Numbered from the stretch's first letter, positions 29,218-39,617 are shown. The stretch: DNA of 64,000 nt from Vulcanimicrobiota bacterium (GCA_963714015.1 OY970223.1:3360001-3424000), one strand, 5' to 3'. The notes: generated from the letters alone by a model not told the origin. Numbers and translations: made by a program.

Positions 29218-29883
29218 TTACTTGGTCGAAGTCGGCTGGTACAGGTCGGTCGGAATCGGCGCTCCCGTGTTGTGGAAGTGCAGCATCTCCGCCATCTGGT
29301 TGGCCGCTACGATCATCTCTTGGTTGTACGCCTTGATGCGCGTCTTGAAGTAGTTGAAGAACACGACCGCGATGACCGCGATGATCAGACCGCTGGCCGT
29401 GGTGATCAGCGCTTCGGAAACACCGGCCGCAACGACCGCAGGGGTCGAGTTGCCCTTGAGCGCGATGTCGTCGAAGGCCCGGATGATGCCCAGAACGGTA
29501 CCGAACAGACCGACGAACGGCGCGATGACCGCGATGGTCCCGACGATGCCGAGATTACGCTCGAGGGCGTTCAGGTGCTCCATCAGCGCGATGGAAAGCG
29601 CGTCGGTGATGTCGGCACGGTTCTTCTCTCCACGCTGAAGACCGAACTCGAGAATCCGCGGAAGCATGCCCCGCTGCGAGCGGCACATTTTGATTGCGCC
29701 GTCGATGTCGTCTTGGGAGATCTTCTGACCGATTTGCCGCAGAAGACCCTTGGTGTCGCCGTGCTGCGACGCGAAGAAGACCAGCCGCTCGATGACGACT
29801 GCGAGACCGACGATGGAAAGCAGAAGCAGCAACCACATGTCCCACCCGCCGTGCTGCATGAAACTCCAAAATCCGCCAAACAC
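29218..29883 (-). CDS. exbB: ExbB/TolQ/MotA proton channel protein
   Basis: APFVGLFGTVLGII, GVSEALITTASGL. Confidence 0.93.
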   Translation of the reverse strand: MFGGFWSFMQHGGWDMWLLLLLSIVGLAVVIERLVFFASQHGDTKGLLRQIGQKISQDDIDGAIKMCRSQRGMLPRILEFGLQRGEKNRADITDALSIALMEHLNALERNLGIVGTIAVIAPFVGLFGTVLGIIRAFDDIALKGNSTPAVVAAGVSEALITTASGLIIAVIAVVFFNYFKTRIKAYNQEMIVAANQMAEMLHFHNTGAPIPTDLYQPTSTK

Positions 29884-30000
29884 TATTTTTTCGACCCCTC
29901 CCGTGTACGGGAACGTGTGTGCGCTAAGACAGTAGAAAAATCGGGGGTGGCCCCCCGTGCGAGGCGGCCTATTTTTGGCCCGCCCCGCCTAAAGTCCTCG

Positions 30001-31342
30001 TTATTTTATGTTGTTGCTCATAAATGTCGTGATGTTGCTTACCAATGACGAGTTACCGGCAGACTGGGCCTGCGTCTTTGCCTTGTTAAGGGCATCCAGG
30101 GCCTGCTGCTTAAGGCCCGCGTTCGTGCTGCCGCCCACGACGTACTGGCCATACTCGGCGATGCCTTCGGCGTAGAGCGCAAGCGGGTCGTTCGGATCGA
30201 GCCCGAGCGCCTTGTCCGCATCAGCCTTCATCGCGTCGTAATCCGGTTTGTCAAGGTGGCTCTGTTCCAACGCGGCGCCCGCGTAAGCTGTGACCGCCAG
30301 CTTGGCACCTCCCACTTGCGCCGCTTTCTCGTAATCCGCGATTGCCAGCTGATGCGCTCCGGATTTGGATTCCGCATTGGCTTTGGTCATGTACTGATTT
30401 CCGGCGATCGTTTGGGCGGCATCGCTGTTCGGATCCAACCGCTTGATTTCATTAGCCATCGTGGCTGCGTCGGTGTTGTCGCCCGCTTTCAAGTAGGCTT
30501 GCATCAGCTCCGAATCGATCGCGAGGCGCGACTTGAGGTCGGTCTTCGGATCGGCGAAAGCCGCATCACGGGACTTCTTGAGATCGACGACCGCTTGCGA
30601 AGCGCTCCCGCCCTGCAGTTCGGCGGTTCCGAGCGCGAAGTAGGAGCCCGCACCGGGCGCCATCGCCACCGCCTTCTGTCCGTACTGCAGCGCCAGCTGA
30701 GGATTCGAAGCCGCGAGCTTTGCCGCAGCCAGTTGGTACGCTTGCGCGGCAACCGTCGCGAATTCTTTGGGCATGTTCCCGGACTTCTCGAAAGAAGCGG
30801 CGGCATCCGTATCGTCGTTCAGAAAGAACTGCGCCGCCCCGAGTTCGGCGTTGAGCACCGGGTCGTCGGGATTACTCCCCAGCGCCTGCTGAGCCTTGCT
30901 CATTGCCGCGTTGTAACTTCCTGCGCGCAGAAGATGATCGATCGCGCCTTTCGCGCCGCCCATGCTTGCCGCGCTCGTGCCGCCGCCGCCGGCAATGGAA
31001 CTGCCGTTGAAGCGCAGCGTGAAGTCGTAGAAAGCAGTAACGGGCGTCTTGCCGCGATGCGCGCGAGTGTACGTGGAAGTCTGGGCGATCTCCATTGCGG
31101 CCGCGTTGTCGCCCGAATTCGACGAACTGAGAATCCGCGTCGCCTTGTGCGTACCGTCGGCGTTCACTTGAACCTGAACCACGACGCGCCCGGCTCCGGA
31201 AATAGCCTTCGAGGTCGTGCCCTGTTTGAGCAGCTTCGGCGGCGAATACTCGTTAGCGTATTGTGCAGCCGCCGGGGCCGCGACAGTGCAGGGGGATCGC
31301 AATCGCGCCCACCCCTGCCACAGCGCGGATAAAACCTTTCAT
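30001..31342 (-). CDS. Secreted TonB_C + TPR protein (frameshift in G5 run at 31291-31295)
   Basis: ATG at 31342 with SD and signal peptide; TonB_C-like N-terminal domain followed by TPR-like helices. Confidence 0.75.
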
Positions 31343-31469
31343 GCGTCTCTTTCCTATTCAGGTTTAGAACTATAAATGAAGGCGGACGGGGCGCCTAGCC
31401 TTGTACCGAAAGTCAACGTAAGTCAAACGGCTTTCGTTGGTTCCCATAACCCTCGGACCAGCGAGCGCT

Positions 31470-32333
31470 TCAGGCGGCGAGAACAGCAGCGGGGATGCGC
31501 CTGCCTGTCGCGCGTGCGACTGCTTCGAGTTGACCCACCAGCGCGTTGAATTGTTCGAACGTGAGCGACTGCGGACCGTCCGAGGAAGCCGTCGCCGGAT
31601 CGGGATGAACCTCCACGAGCAAGCCGTCGGCTCCGGCTGCTACGGCAGCCAGCGCCATCGCCGGAACGAGCTCGGCGATGCCGGTTCCATGCGACGGATC
31701 GACCACCACCGGAAGATGCGTCAAGGAGTGCAGCAGCGGCACAGCCGCGAGATCGAGCACGTTGCGCGTCGAGTTGTCGAACGAGCGGATGCCTCGCTCG
31801 CACAACACGACGTTCGTGTTGCCTGCAACGAGCAAATACTCAGCCGCCATCAGCCACTCGTCGATCGTGGCGGAGATCCCCCGCTTGAGCAGCACCGGTT
31901 TGCCCGACTCGCCTGCTTCGCGCAGCAGGCTGAAGTTCTGCATGTTCCGGGCACCGATTTGGAGCATGTCGGCGTGCGCCGCAACGAGCTCCACTTCGCG
32001 GGGATCGAGCACTTCGGTGACGACGGCCATGCCGTAACGGTCCGCAGCCTGGCGCAGCATCTTGAGCCCGTCCGCGCCCAGCCCCTGAAACGAATAGGGC
32101 GACGTACGCGGCTTGAACGCTCCCCCGCGCAGCACGTTGGCGCCTTTCGAAGCGACCGCTTTGGCCGTTGCTTCGATTTGCCGGCGCGACTCCACGCTGC
32201 AAGGGCCGGCGCAAATCGCCAAGACGTCGCCCCCGAACGCCGCACCGTTCGGTAAGCGGACCTCCGTGCGGGACGATCGCGCGTCGCGCCGGGCGAGTTT
32301 ATAGGCGTGCGGCAGGGGCGTGAGGCGTTCCAT
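31470..32333 (-). CDS. aroF: DAHP synthase (type I beta)
   Basis: [36 protein letters not shown]. Confidence 0.95.
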   Translation of the reverse strand: MERLTPLPHAYKLARRDARSSRTEVRLPNGAAFGGDVLAICAGPCSVESRRQIEATAKAVASKGANVLRGGAFKPRTSPYSFQGLGADGLKMLRQAADRYGMAVVTEVLDPREVELVAAHADMLQIGARNMQNFSLLREAGESGKPVLLKRGISATIDEWLMAAEYLLVAGNTNVVLCERGIRSFDNSTRNVLDLAAVPLLHSLTHLPVVVDPSHGTGIAELVPAMALAAVAAGADGLLVEVHPDPATASSDGPQSLTFEQFNALVGQLEAVARATGRRIPAAVLAA

Positions 32334-32341
32334 AGACTGAG

Positions 32342-33064
32342 CTATAGTACCAAACTGCGCAACTGCGCCAGCTCCCGATCCGTAGCAGGGCGAGAGCGTC
32401 CCGGCGGTAGATCGCCTAAACGGATCGGCCCGAACCGCAAGCGGGTCAGGGCAACGACCGGGTGCCCGACGGCCTCGAACATGCGCCGCACTTGGCGGTG
32501 CTTGCCTTCGTGAACCGTGAGATCGACGATAGACTCTTCCCGGCGTGTCGCGACTACGCGCAGCTGCGCGCCGCGCGCGCGAAATTCCTCAATCTGTACG
32601 CCTTGCTGAAGGCGGCGAACCTCGTCGGGCAAGAGTCGCCCTTTTACCACGGCGCGGTACGTTTTTTCGACGCCGAAGCGAGGATGCGTCAGCACGTTCG
32701 CGAGCTCTCCGTCGTTGGTGAGCAGCAGCACGCCGGAAGTGTCGTAGTCGAGCCGGCCCACGGGCACGACGCGCGGTAAACCCTTCGGTATCAATTCGGC
32801 AACTGTTCGCCGGCCTTGCGGATCGCGCATCGTCGTGACGACGTTCATCGGCTTGTGCATGACCAAATACGACGGCTCCTCGTTCAGAGAGACCGGCGTT
32901 CCGCTGACGTCTACGCGATCGTTTTCACTTACCGTCGTGCCCAATTCGCGCACGACCTTGCCGTTGACGCGCACTTTTCCGCGCAGAATCAACTCTTCCG
33001 CCGCTCGCCGCGACGCGACACCCGCATGCGCGAGATATTTCTGGAGACGCATCTGCTCGCCCAT
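32342..33064 (-). CDS. rluB: rRNA pseudouridine synthase (RluB/RsuA family)
   Basis: [34 protein letters not shown]. Confidence 0.92.
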   Translation of the reverse strand: MGEQMRLQKYLAHAGVASRRAAEELILRGKVRVNGKVVRELGTTVSENDRVDVSGTPVSLNEEPSYLVMHKPMNVVTTMRDPQGRRTVAELIPKGLPRVVPVGRLDYDTSGVLLLTNDGELANVLTHPRFGVEKTYRAVVKGRLLPDEVRRLQQGVQIEEFRARGAQLRVVATRREESIVDLTVHEGKHRQVRRMFEAVGHPVVALTRLRFGPIRLGDLPPGRSRPATDRELAQLRSLVL

Positions 33065-33093
33065 GTCCGGCCTGTTTCGCGCTCGTGCGCGGA

Positions 33094-33513
33094 TTACTGT
33101 GTCGTGAAGGAACCCAACGTTTGCGTTGCTGCGCACGGGCCGCCCGTGGGCGGGAACGTGAGGTTTACCGAGTACGCGGTCGAGTTTTGGAGCGCCGGCA
33201 CCACCGACGTGTACACGTTCGCCCCGGGCGTCGGCACTATTTGGTACGGTCCCGCCGTAACGGACTGCCCGCCGTTTGCCGGGACCAGCACGGGCTGCGA
33301 CCAAAGGTAGATATGGCCATACGGATCCTCCAGACGGAGCGAGAAGTTTCCGTCGGGGATCCCGGTCGCATTCGGCGCAGGATACTCGAGCGCAGGCGGC
33401 TGCGGAACGGGACTGAGCGGGCACGGATACGGCACGTGAGCCGGCGCCGAACCGCCGCCGCAGGCGACCACGGACGCCGCAAGGGCCACTGCTGCGAGCA
33501 GCGCGGCTTTCAT
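33094..33513 (-). CDS. Putative lipoprotein
   Basis: VVAC lipobox; TATACT 6 nt before the ATG (possibly leaderless). Confidence 0.7.
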   Translation of the reverse strand: MKAALLAAVALAASVVACGGGSAPAHVPYPCPLSPVPQPPALEYPAPNATGIPDGNFSLRLEDPYGHIYLWSQPVLVPANGGQSVTAGPYQIVPTPGANVYTSVVPALQNSTAYSVNLTFPPTGGPCAATQTLGSFTTQ

Positions 33514-33542
33514 GCATTCAGTATAGCCGTTTTTAGCCGCTG

Positions 33543-33574
33543 CAAAAACGGAAAAGCGCCGCAGGGCGCTTTTC
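33543..33574 (-). terminator. Intrinsic terminator after rho
   Basis: GAAAAGCGCC-ctgc-GGCGCTTTTC followed by CGTTTTT. Confidence 0.65.
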
Positions 33575-33632
33575 GTGGTTCGGGATTCGGTGGCGCGCGT
33601 ATTGCTTCGGCAATGCCGGTGCGCACCGCGCT

Positions 33633-35102
33633 TTAGTACTTGCCGTTGCCCTCGTCGTAACCGCGGGAGAGCGAGAGAGCTTCCTTGGTGACGGTTTGCA
33701 GAAACTCTTCGTTCGTGCGCGTCTGCGCCATTTTGTCGAGAATGAGCTCGGTGATGTCGCCGCTGTTGAGCACGCTCGTCGCGCGGCGCAGCATCCAGAT
33801 CTTGCGCATCTCGATTTCGCTGAGCAGCAGCTCTTCGTGACGCGTGCCCGAACGCTTGATGTCGACGGCCGGGAATACGCGGGACTCCGCCAGTTTGCGC
33901 GTGAGATTGAGTTCCATGTTGCCCGTGCCTTTGAACTCTTCAAAGATCACGTCGTCCATCTTGGATCCCGTTTCGATAAGCGCCGTGGCGATGATCGTCA
34001 GCGAGCCGCCTTCTTCGATCTTGCGGGCGGCGCCGAAGAACCGTTTGGGTTTGTGGAGCGAGGCCGTGTCGAGACCACCGGAAAGTGTGCGGCCCGACGT
34101 GGGAATCACTTGGTTATACGCACGGGCGAGACGGGTGATCGAATCGAGCAGAATGACGACGTCTTTGCCCATTTCGACGAGACGCTTCGCGCGCTCCATC
34201 GCCAGCTCGGCGACGGCGGTGTGATTCTCGGGATGCTCGTCGAACGTCGAGGCGATGACCTCGCCGTCGATCGTACGCTGCATGTCGGTGACTTCTTCCG
34301 GACGCTCGTCGACCAGCAGGGCCAGGATGTGCGCCTGCGGGTGATTGATTGAAATCGCGTTCGCGATGTTCTTCAGAAGAGTCGTCTTACCGGCTTTCGG
34401 CGGCGAAACGATCAGCGCGCGCTGTCCCATGCCGATGGGGCAGAAGATATCGATGACGCGAGTGGAGAGTTGCGTCGCGCGCACTTCGAGCTTGAAGCGC
34501 TCGTTGGGGTAGATCGGCGTGCCTTTTTCGAAGATGCGGCGGCCGCGGATTTGTTCCGGCGAAAAGCCGTTGATGCGATCGACGCGGATGAGGCCGTAGT
34601 ATTTCTCGCTTTCCTTCGGACGGCGAACCTGGCCCTCGACCAAATCACCGCGGCGAAGTTCGAAGCGCCGAATCTGCGACTGGCTGACGTAGATGTCTTC
34701 GGGTCCGATGACGTAACCGTCGCGCCGCAAGAAGCCGTAGCCTTCGGGCAGGATGTCGAGCACGCCGTTGGCGATTTCGATCCCGGAACGCTGGGATTGA
34801 ATCTCGAGGATCCGCGGTATCAGCTCGTCCTTCTTCAGTTTGAGCGGAGACTCGATCTCGAACTCTTTGGCCAGCGCGTTGAGTTCGGCTTTCGTCTTTT
34901 CGGCGAGCTGTTCGGCCGTCAGCATCGGCGGGCCGGCGGCCTCGACCTGCGGGAACTGCTCGTTGTGAGGCTGTTGATTGAAATGACGATGGCGTCGCGG
35001 ACGGCGGCGCCGGGCTCCGCCTTGTTGTTGACGGCCGTTGTCGTTAGGACGATTATCGAATTGCAGTGGACTATCTCTCTCGTAGAGCGGCGCACGGTGC
35101 AT
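33633..35102 (-). CDS. rho: Transcription termination factor Rho (start uncertain)
   Basis: GYGFLR, PPKAGKT, DERPEEVT, LLDSITRLARAYN, EEFKGTGN. Confidence 0.97.
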   Translation of the reverse strand: MHRAPLYERDSPLQFDNRPNDNGRQQQGGARRRRPRRHRHFNQQPHNEQFPQVEAAGPPMLTAEQLAEKTKAELNALAKEFEIESPLKLKKDELIPRILEIQSQRSGIEIANGVLDILPEGYGFLRRDGYVIGPEDIYVSQSQIRRFELRRGDLVEGQVRRPKESEKYYGLIRVDRINGFSPEQIRGRRIFEKGTPIYPNERFKLEVRATQLSTRVIDIFCPIGMGQRALIVSPPKAGKTTLLKNIANAISINHPQAHILALLVDERPEEVTDMQRTIDGEVIASTFDEHPENHTAVAELAMERAKRLVEMGKDVVILLDSITRLARAYNQVIPTSGRTLSGGLDTASLHKPKRFFGAARKIEEGGSLTIIATALIETGSKMDDVIFEEFKGTGNMELNLTRKLAESRVFPAVDIKRSGTRHEELLLSEIEMRKIWMLRRATSVLNSGDITELILDKMAQTRTNEEFLQTVTKEALSLSRGYDEGNGKY

Positions 35103-35275
35103 AAGCGAAAGGATCGGGCGAGGCTGCCGCGGCTTTCGAAGTGACGATGCGCTGGGGAACGTACTGCGCCGCGGAGGGTTCTTAGCGAACGCACCTCGCG
35201 ACGAGCAAACTATAGCATAGGGTCGATCTCTTCGACAACCCTCGGTCCGCGGAAGTTGCAATTCCCCTGTGCGGG

Positions 35276-35875
35276 CTAGGGCGAAAGCGCGCGCGGGCCG
35301 CTCACGAAGGGGTTCCCGCGCTCGTAAAACCGCAGGGGCCGCTCGGCCGCCTTAGTGATGCCGATCCGGGCACTGGAGCCGACGGGCGGAGCGTTCGCCT
35401 TTCCTGCGGCCAGCCACAGCGAGCGGCCGCCAAGGAGATCGGCGCCGTCCATGCTCAAGTCGATATTCAACGCCTGGCATAACCTTCCGGGACCTCGCGC
35501 GAGATCGAGCACGCGCGTCGTTCCGCGCCGCTGCTCCATGAGGGCGAGTCCCTCGAGCGGCTCTAAAGCTCGCACCAGTACGGCGGCTCCGTCTCCCGCT
35601 TTTTCGGTCGTAACGTTGACGCAAAACGACGTTCCATAGATTTTATAGACGTACGCATGAAACGGACCCAAAAACATGGATCGATTCCGAACGCTCTCGC
35701 CGCGAAAGGCGTGCGAAGCAGGATCGTCGAGGACGTACGCTTCCGTTTCGACGATCCTCCCCGCAGTGCGCCCGTCCGGGCAGTCGCGGACGAGCGCGCA
35801 TCCAATCAGCGATCGCGCAAGCTGCGCCGTCGCCGAAGGCAAATCACCGCGGCGTAACCGGCGAAAACGCGTCAC
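35276..35875 (-). CDS. mpg: DNA-3-methyladenine glycosylase (MPG/AAG family)
   Basis: GRIVETEAY, YVYKIYG, VLVRALEP, GPGRLCQAL, RIGIT. Confidence 0.93.
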   Translation of the reverse strand: MTRFRRLRRGDLPSATAQLARSLIGCALVRDCPDGRTAGRIVETEAYVLDDPASHAFRGESVRNRSMFLGPFHAYVYKIYGTSFCVNVTTEKAGDGAAVLVRALEPLEGLALMEQRRGTTRVLDLARGPGRLCQALNIDLSMDGADLLGGRSLWLAAGKANAPPVGSSARIGITKAAERPLRFYERGNPFVSGPRALSP

Positions 35876-36285
35876 GCCGCTGCGTGCATCTCCACCTCAC
35901 CCCGGGCTCGCGCCGCCAGATCGCTATCGCTCGATGAAGCGGGCCGCATGCGATATTCTTTGAACTGATTCAGCACGCAGCGCAATCGGACATACGCCAG
36001 CGTGAGCGCGGGGGGCAGTTCGTGCCGTTCGCTGAGATCTTCGAAGAGACGCCCGTCGGAAACTGAAAGCTCGACGGACCCGATGCCGCGGCGCAGTAAA
36101 GCCGCAGCAACGGAAGTCAAGGCCGCGTAGCCGACTTCGCGTTCGAGCAACGCGGGATAACGCTTTATCTGAAACGCGACGCGCAGCGTTTGGGCCCGTG
36201 CGCCTTGGCCGATCCTCGCATACGCCACCCCGTTGCCGGCGCAGCCGGCGGCAAATCCGATGGCCGCCTTCACGAACGCTTTCAT
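35872..36285 (-). CDS. RNase H-fold (RVT_3-like) protein, catalytically degenerate
   Basis: GYAAL..A..L..G..VELSVSD..L and terminal DLAARA helix follow the RNase HI pattern; GTGA overlap with mpg. Confidence 0.6.
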   Translation of the reverse strand: MKAFVKAAIGFAAGCAGNGVAYARIGQGARAQTLRVAFQIKRYPALLEREVGYAALTSVAAALLRRGIGSVELSVSDGRLFEDLSERHELPPALTLAYVRLRCVLNQFKEYRMRPASSSDSDLAARARGEVEMHAAA

Positions 36286-37430
36286 GACTCTATCATAGAC
36301 CGAACATATGTTCGAGTCAACAGGTCCTCGTACACCGCGGCGACTTTGCGAGCCTGCTCTTCGATCCCGAAATGCGCGGCGCGAGCCCGTGCCCGTTCTG
36401 CCTCAACGGGGTCGGCTTGGAGCGGCATAGCTCGAATCGCGGCAGCGAACGCCTGCGGCGTCGGCCTGACCGTCCATCCGGCTCCGCCTAGAACTTCGCG
36501 CAGTTGCGGCGCGTCAGCCGAGATGACCAGCGTTCCGGCCGCCAGAGCTTCGGCCAGCACTAGGCCCTGCGTCTCCGACGTGCTCGGGAAAAGAAACGCG
36601 TCTGCGCTCGCATACAGCGCCGGCAGCTGTTCGCGTCCGACGGCGCCGAGAAACTTGACCTTGTCCGTCACTCCGGCGCGGCGGGCTCGCTCTTCCAGCG
36701 CTGTACGTTCGGGCCCGTCGCCGGCGATCGCGAGTTTTGCCCCCACGCCGGTCTGCGCCAGCGCGTCGATCAACACGTCGACGTTCTTTTCTTTGGCCAG
36801 GCGTGAGACGAACAGCAGCATACGCTCGTCCTGGGTCACTCCGATCGACGCGCGCAAGGCCTCGCTGCGCCTGCCCGACGAGAAATGCGCCAGATCGATT
36901 CCGCTCGGAATTACTTCGACGCGTGTAGTGACGCCCAGTTCGAAAAGCCGCGACTGCATCGCCGGCGTCGGCACCACCACTGCGTCGGCAAGATTGGCGA
37001 AGTTGCGCGTCAGCGTCGTCGCGGCACGCCGCGTGGCGTTCGGCTCGAAGGGGACGTAATGCGCGTACTCCTCCAAGCGCGTGTGGTACGTGTAAACGAG
37101 CGGAATGCGAAGCCGGCGCGCATACCGTACGCTCATCCAACCGGTGACGAACGGCGAATGTGCGTGCAGCACGTCCAACCGGTTGATGATCGCTTGGCGT
37201 TTGCGTCGGCTTACGAGCGGCACCGTCAGGCGATACGCGGTCTGCATCGGAAGCGGCAGCGAGGGCATCCGGTAAACCGGTCCGTCGCCTTCGTCGTATC
37301 CCGGAACGCGCGGCGCGAAGCAGTAGACATCATGCCCGAGTGCGCGCAAACCCGCAGCGAGTCCGTCGAGCGATGCGACAATGCCGTTCACGATCGGGTG
37401 GTAGACCTCGGTGAAGAACCCGATGCGCAT
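36282..37430 (-). CDS. Glycosyltransferase family 4
   Basis: MRIGFFTEVYHPIVNG, HAHSPF, SRLAKEKN, ETQGLVLAEA. Confidence 0.93.
   Translation of the reverse strand: MRIGFFTEVYHPIVNGIVASLDGLAAGLRALGHDVYCFAPRVPGYDEGDGPVYRMPSLPLPMQTAYRLTVPLVSRRKRQAIINRLDVLHAHSPFVTGWMSVRYARRLRIPLVYTYHTRLEEYAHYVPFEPNATRRAATTLTRNFANLADAVVVPTPAMQSRLFELGVTTRVEVIPSGIDLAHFSSGRRSEALRASIGVTQDERMLLFVSRLAKEKNVDVLIDALAQTGVGAKLAIAGDGPERTALEERARRAGVTDKVKFLGAVGREQLPALYASADAFLFPSTSETQGLVLAEALAAGTLVISADAPQLREVLGGAGWTVRPTPQAFAAAIRAMPLQADPVEAERARARAAHFGIEEQARKVAAVYEDLLTRTYVRSMIES
36292..36320 (-). promoter_or_regulatory. Sigma70 promoter TTGACT-N17-TATGAT with LexA (SOS) box in the spacer
   Basis: Perfect palindrome CGAAC-ATAT-GTTCG at 36301-36314; -10 is 6 nt before the ATG. 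Confidence 0.82.
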
Positions 37431-37770
37431 CGACGCATCATTAGCGACTGCGCCCCGTCGAACCCTCGGCACGGTTGCTTTGCAGGGTGGCCCTTCCGGC
37501 GCTATGACTTTTGGCGTAGCCCTTCGTTTGTAAAGCCATGGTAATATGCGCGAGTCACATCCTGTACCGGACGATGGAGTCGTCCGATTGTCGCGCTTCC
37601 GGTTTGCTTCGGCGCAGCGCCGCCGCCCTTTGGACGGGGACTACTCGATCGGATCGTCGACCGCAATTTACTGCTTTTGAAAGACAGCCCGCCGTTGCTG
37701 CGGCCTTCTCGGCTTTCGTGCCGTTTGCAGGCCCTTGCCCCGCCGTGATGTCCGAAAGAAAGGAGTTGGG

Positions 37771-38805
37771 TTGATAAGACGCAGTTTCAACCGCGTAGGT
37801 CACCTGGCAGCAATGGGCGCTTTCGCCCTCGGAATCCTTACCGCAGGCCATTCTTCGCCGGCCTCGGCGGCCGCCGTGCCGGCCCCGCAGCAGACCACTC
37901 ACCTGGTCTTCTTCGACTCGCAAGGCACGCAGACGCAGCACGTCACTTCGTCGGCAACCGTCGGCGCATTTCTCAAAGAACGCGGCATCGTTCCGCGAGC
38001 GCGCGACTACGTTCGTCCCGCTTTGGACACGCCGATCGGCGATAACATCGTCATCGACTACTCGCCGGCAGTTCCGGTGCATTTGATAACGCAAAGCGGA
38101 AGCAAAACGATCGTTACGACTGCCGAAGACGTCGGCGCGCTCCTCGAGGAGCAAGGCATCACGCTCGGACCTCACGACATCGTGCGGCCTTCACTCTCCG
38201 ATCCCATCGTGCCGTTTGCAACGATTCGTATCGCGCGCGTCGAGCGCTGGCTTTCGTCAGAGAAGCGGCGCGTTGCCGAACGCACCATTCACGTAATCGA
38301 TTTTTCTCTGCCGCCGGGAAAGACGAAAATCATCCGTCACGGCGCGCCCGGCATCGCCGAAACGATGGTCGATTACACGCGCACGAACGGGAAGATCGAC
38401 AAACACGTGCTCCAGACTCGGCTCCTGCGTAAACCACAGACGCGCGTAATCGCCGAAGGCGTCGGTACTTACGCGGCGATGGCGGATTTCGCGGAGCACG
38501 GCATTCAAAAAACCTCGTACATCGCCGAAGACGCGCTCGAAATGGTCGCAACTGCATACACCGCCGATTGCATCGGCTGCAGCGGCTACACGGCCTCGGG
38601 ATATCGTGCCGGGCACGGCATCGTCGCCGTCGATCCGAGCGTGATCCCGCTCGGCACTAAGTTGTATATTCCCGGTTACGGTTTCGCAATCGCGGGAGAC
38701 ACCGGCGGCGAGATCGTGGGGGACCGCATCGATCTGGGCTTCGACACGATCGGAGCGGCAATGGGGTTCGGGCGGCGCCCCGTCAAGGTGTACAAGCTCA
38801 AATAG
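37771..38805 (+). CDS. YabE/RpfB-like cell-wall protein (DUF348 x2, G5, 3D domain)
   Basis: SD AAGGAG plus TTG; ATAYT, VAVDPSVIPLGT, AGDTGG, RIDL. Confidence 0.9.
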   Translation: MIRRSFNRVGHLAAMGAFALGILTAGHSSPASAAAVPAPQQTTHLVFFDSQGTQTQHVTSSATVGAFLKERGIVPRARDYVRPALDTPIGDNIVIDYSPAVPVHLITQSGSKTIVTTAEDVGALLEEQGITLGPHDIVRPSLSDPIVPFATIRIARVERWLSSEKRRVAERTIHVIDFSLPPGKTKIIRHGAPGIAETMVDYTRTNGKIDKHVLQTRLLRKPQTRVIAEGVGTYAAMADFAEHGIQKTSYIAEDALEMVATAYTADCIGCSGYTASGYRAGHGIVAVDPSVIPLGTKLYIPGYGFAIAGDTGGEIVGDRIDLGFDTIGAAMGFGRRPVKVYKLK

Positions 38806-39617
38806 CGCATCCTAAACAACTGCTCGATCGATTCGGGTATCGGCCCAAGAAACGATTCGGGCAAAATTTCTTGATGGACTCGGGCGCTGCGGCACGCATC
38901 GCCCTTTTCGTTACCGGCAATGGACCCGTCATCGAAATCGGGCCCGGAACCGGCTCCCTCACGCTGGCTTTGCTGCAAGCCGGCGCGGACGTCACCGCGC
39001 TCGACGTCGATCCCGACATGATCCGAATCTTGCGCTTTCAGGACGAACTGCGCGCCGCGCACGTCGTCGAAGCGGATGCGCTGCAGTTCGATTACGAAGC
39101 GTTCGCAGGCGGAAGGTCTTGGCGAATGACCGGCAACCTTCCGTACAACATTGCGACGCCGCTCGTGATGCGCTTGGTCGAAATGCGCAACGGTCCCGAG
39201 ATTATCGCCGTAATGGTGCAGAAAGAAGTGGCCGAACGTTTCGCGGCTCAGCCCGGTACCAAAGCATACGGAAGCCTCAGCGTCGCGACCCAGTACGCCA
39301 TGCACGTCCATCGCGAGTTCACGCTGGGTCCGCGCGCGTTTTTTCCCGCTCCAAAAGTTGAGTCGACCGTGATCCGGCTGGTCCGGCGGGAGGAGCCGGC
39401 GGTTCGAGTTGCGGACGAGCACTGGTTTCTGCAGGTCGTCCGCGCGGCATTCGCGTACCGCCGCAAAACATTGACCAACAGCCTTTCGCTGGCACTGAGC
39501 CTCGAGCGCAAGCAGACGGCAAGCGCTCTGCAAGAGGCCGGATTCGATACGGAGATACGTGGAGAACAACTCGACCTCGCCGGCTTTGCAGCGATCTCGA
39601 ACAGACTTCGCGCCTAA
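38802..39617 (+). CDS. rsmA: 16S rRNA dimethyladenosine transferase KsgA (apparent ATA start)
   Basis: PKKRFGQNFL, EIGPGTG, GNLPYNI, MVQKEVA, FFPAPKVES. Confidence 0.95.
   Translation: MAHPKQLLDRFGYRPKKRFGQNFLMDSGAAARIALFVTGNGPVIEIGPGTGSLTLALLQAGADVTALDVDPDMIRILRFQDELRAAHVVEADALQFDYEAFAGGRSWRMTGNLPYNIATPLVMRLVEMRNGPEIIAVMVQKEVAERFAAQPGTKAYGSLSVATQYAMHVHREFTLGPRAFFPAPKVESTVIRLVRREEPAVRVADEHWFLQVVRAAFAYRRKTLTNSLSLALSLERKQTASALQEAGFDTEIRGEQLDLAGFAAISNRLRA

Noticed and set aside
35060..35102. Non-canonical CTG start for rho
   Set aside because: A GAGAGAG SD-like run precedes CTG, but an in-frame ATG exists at 35102; cannot be resolved from sequence
37540..37770. c-di-AMP (ydaO) riboswitch
   Set aside because: Conserved GCUGAAUCC and CCCGUCAGCUAAC motifs are not seen
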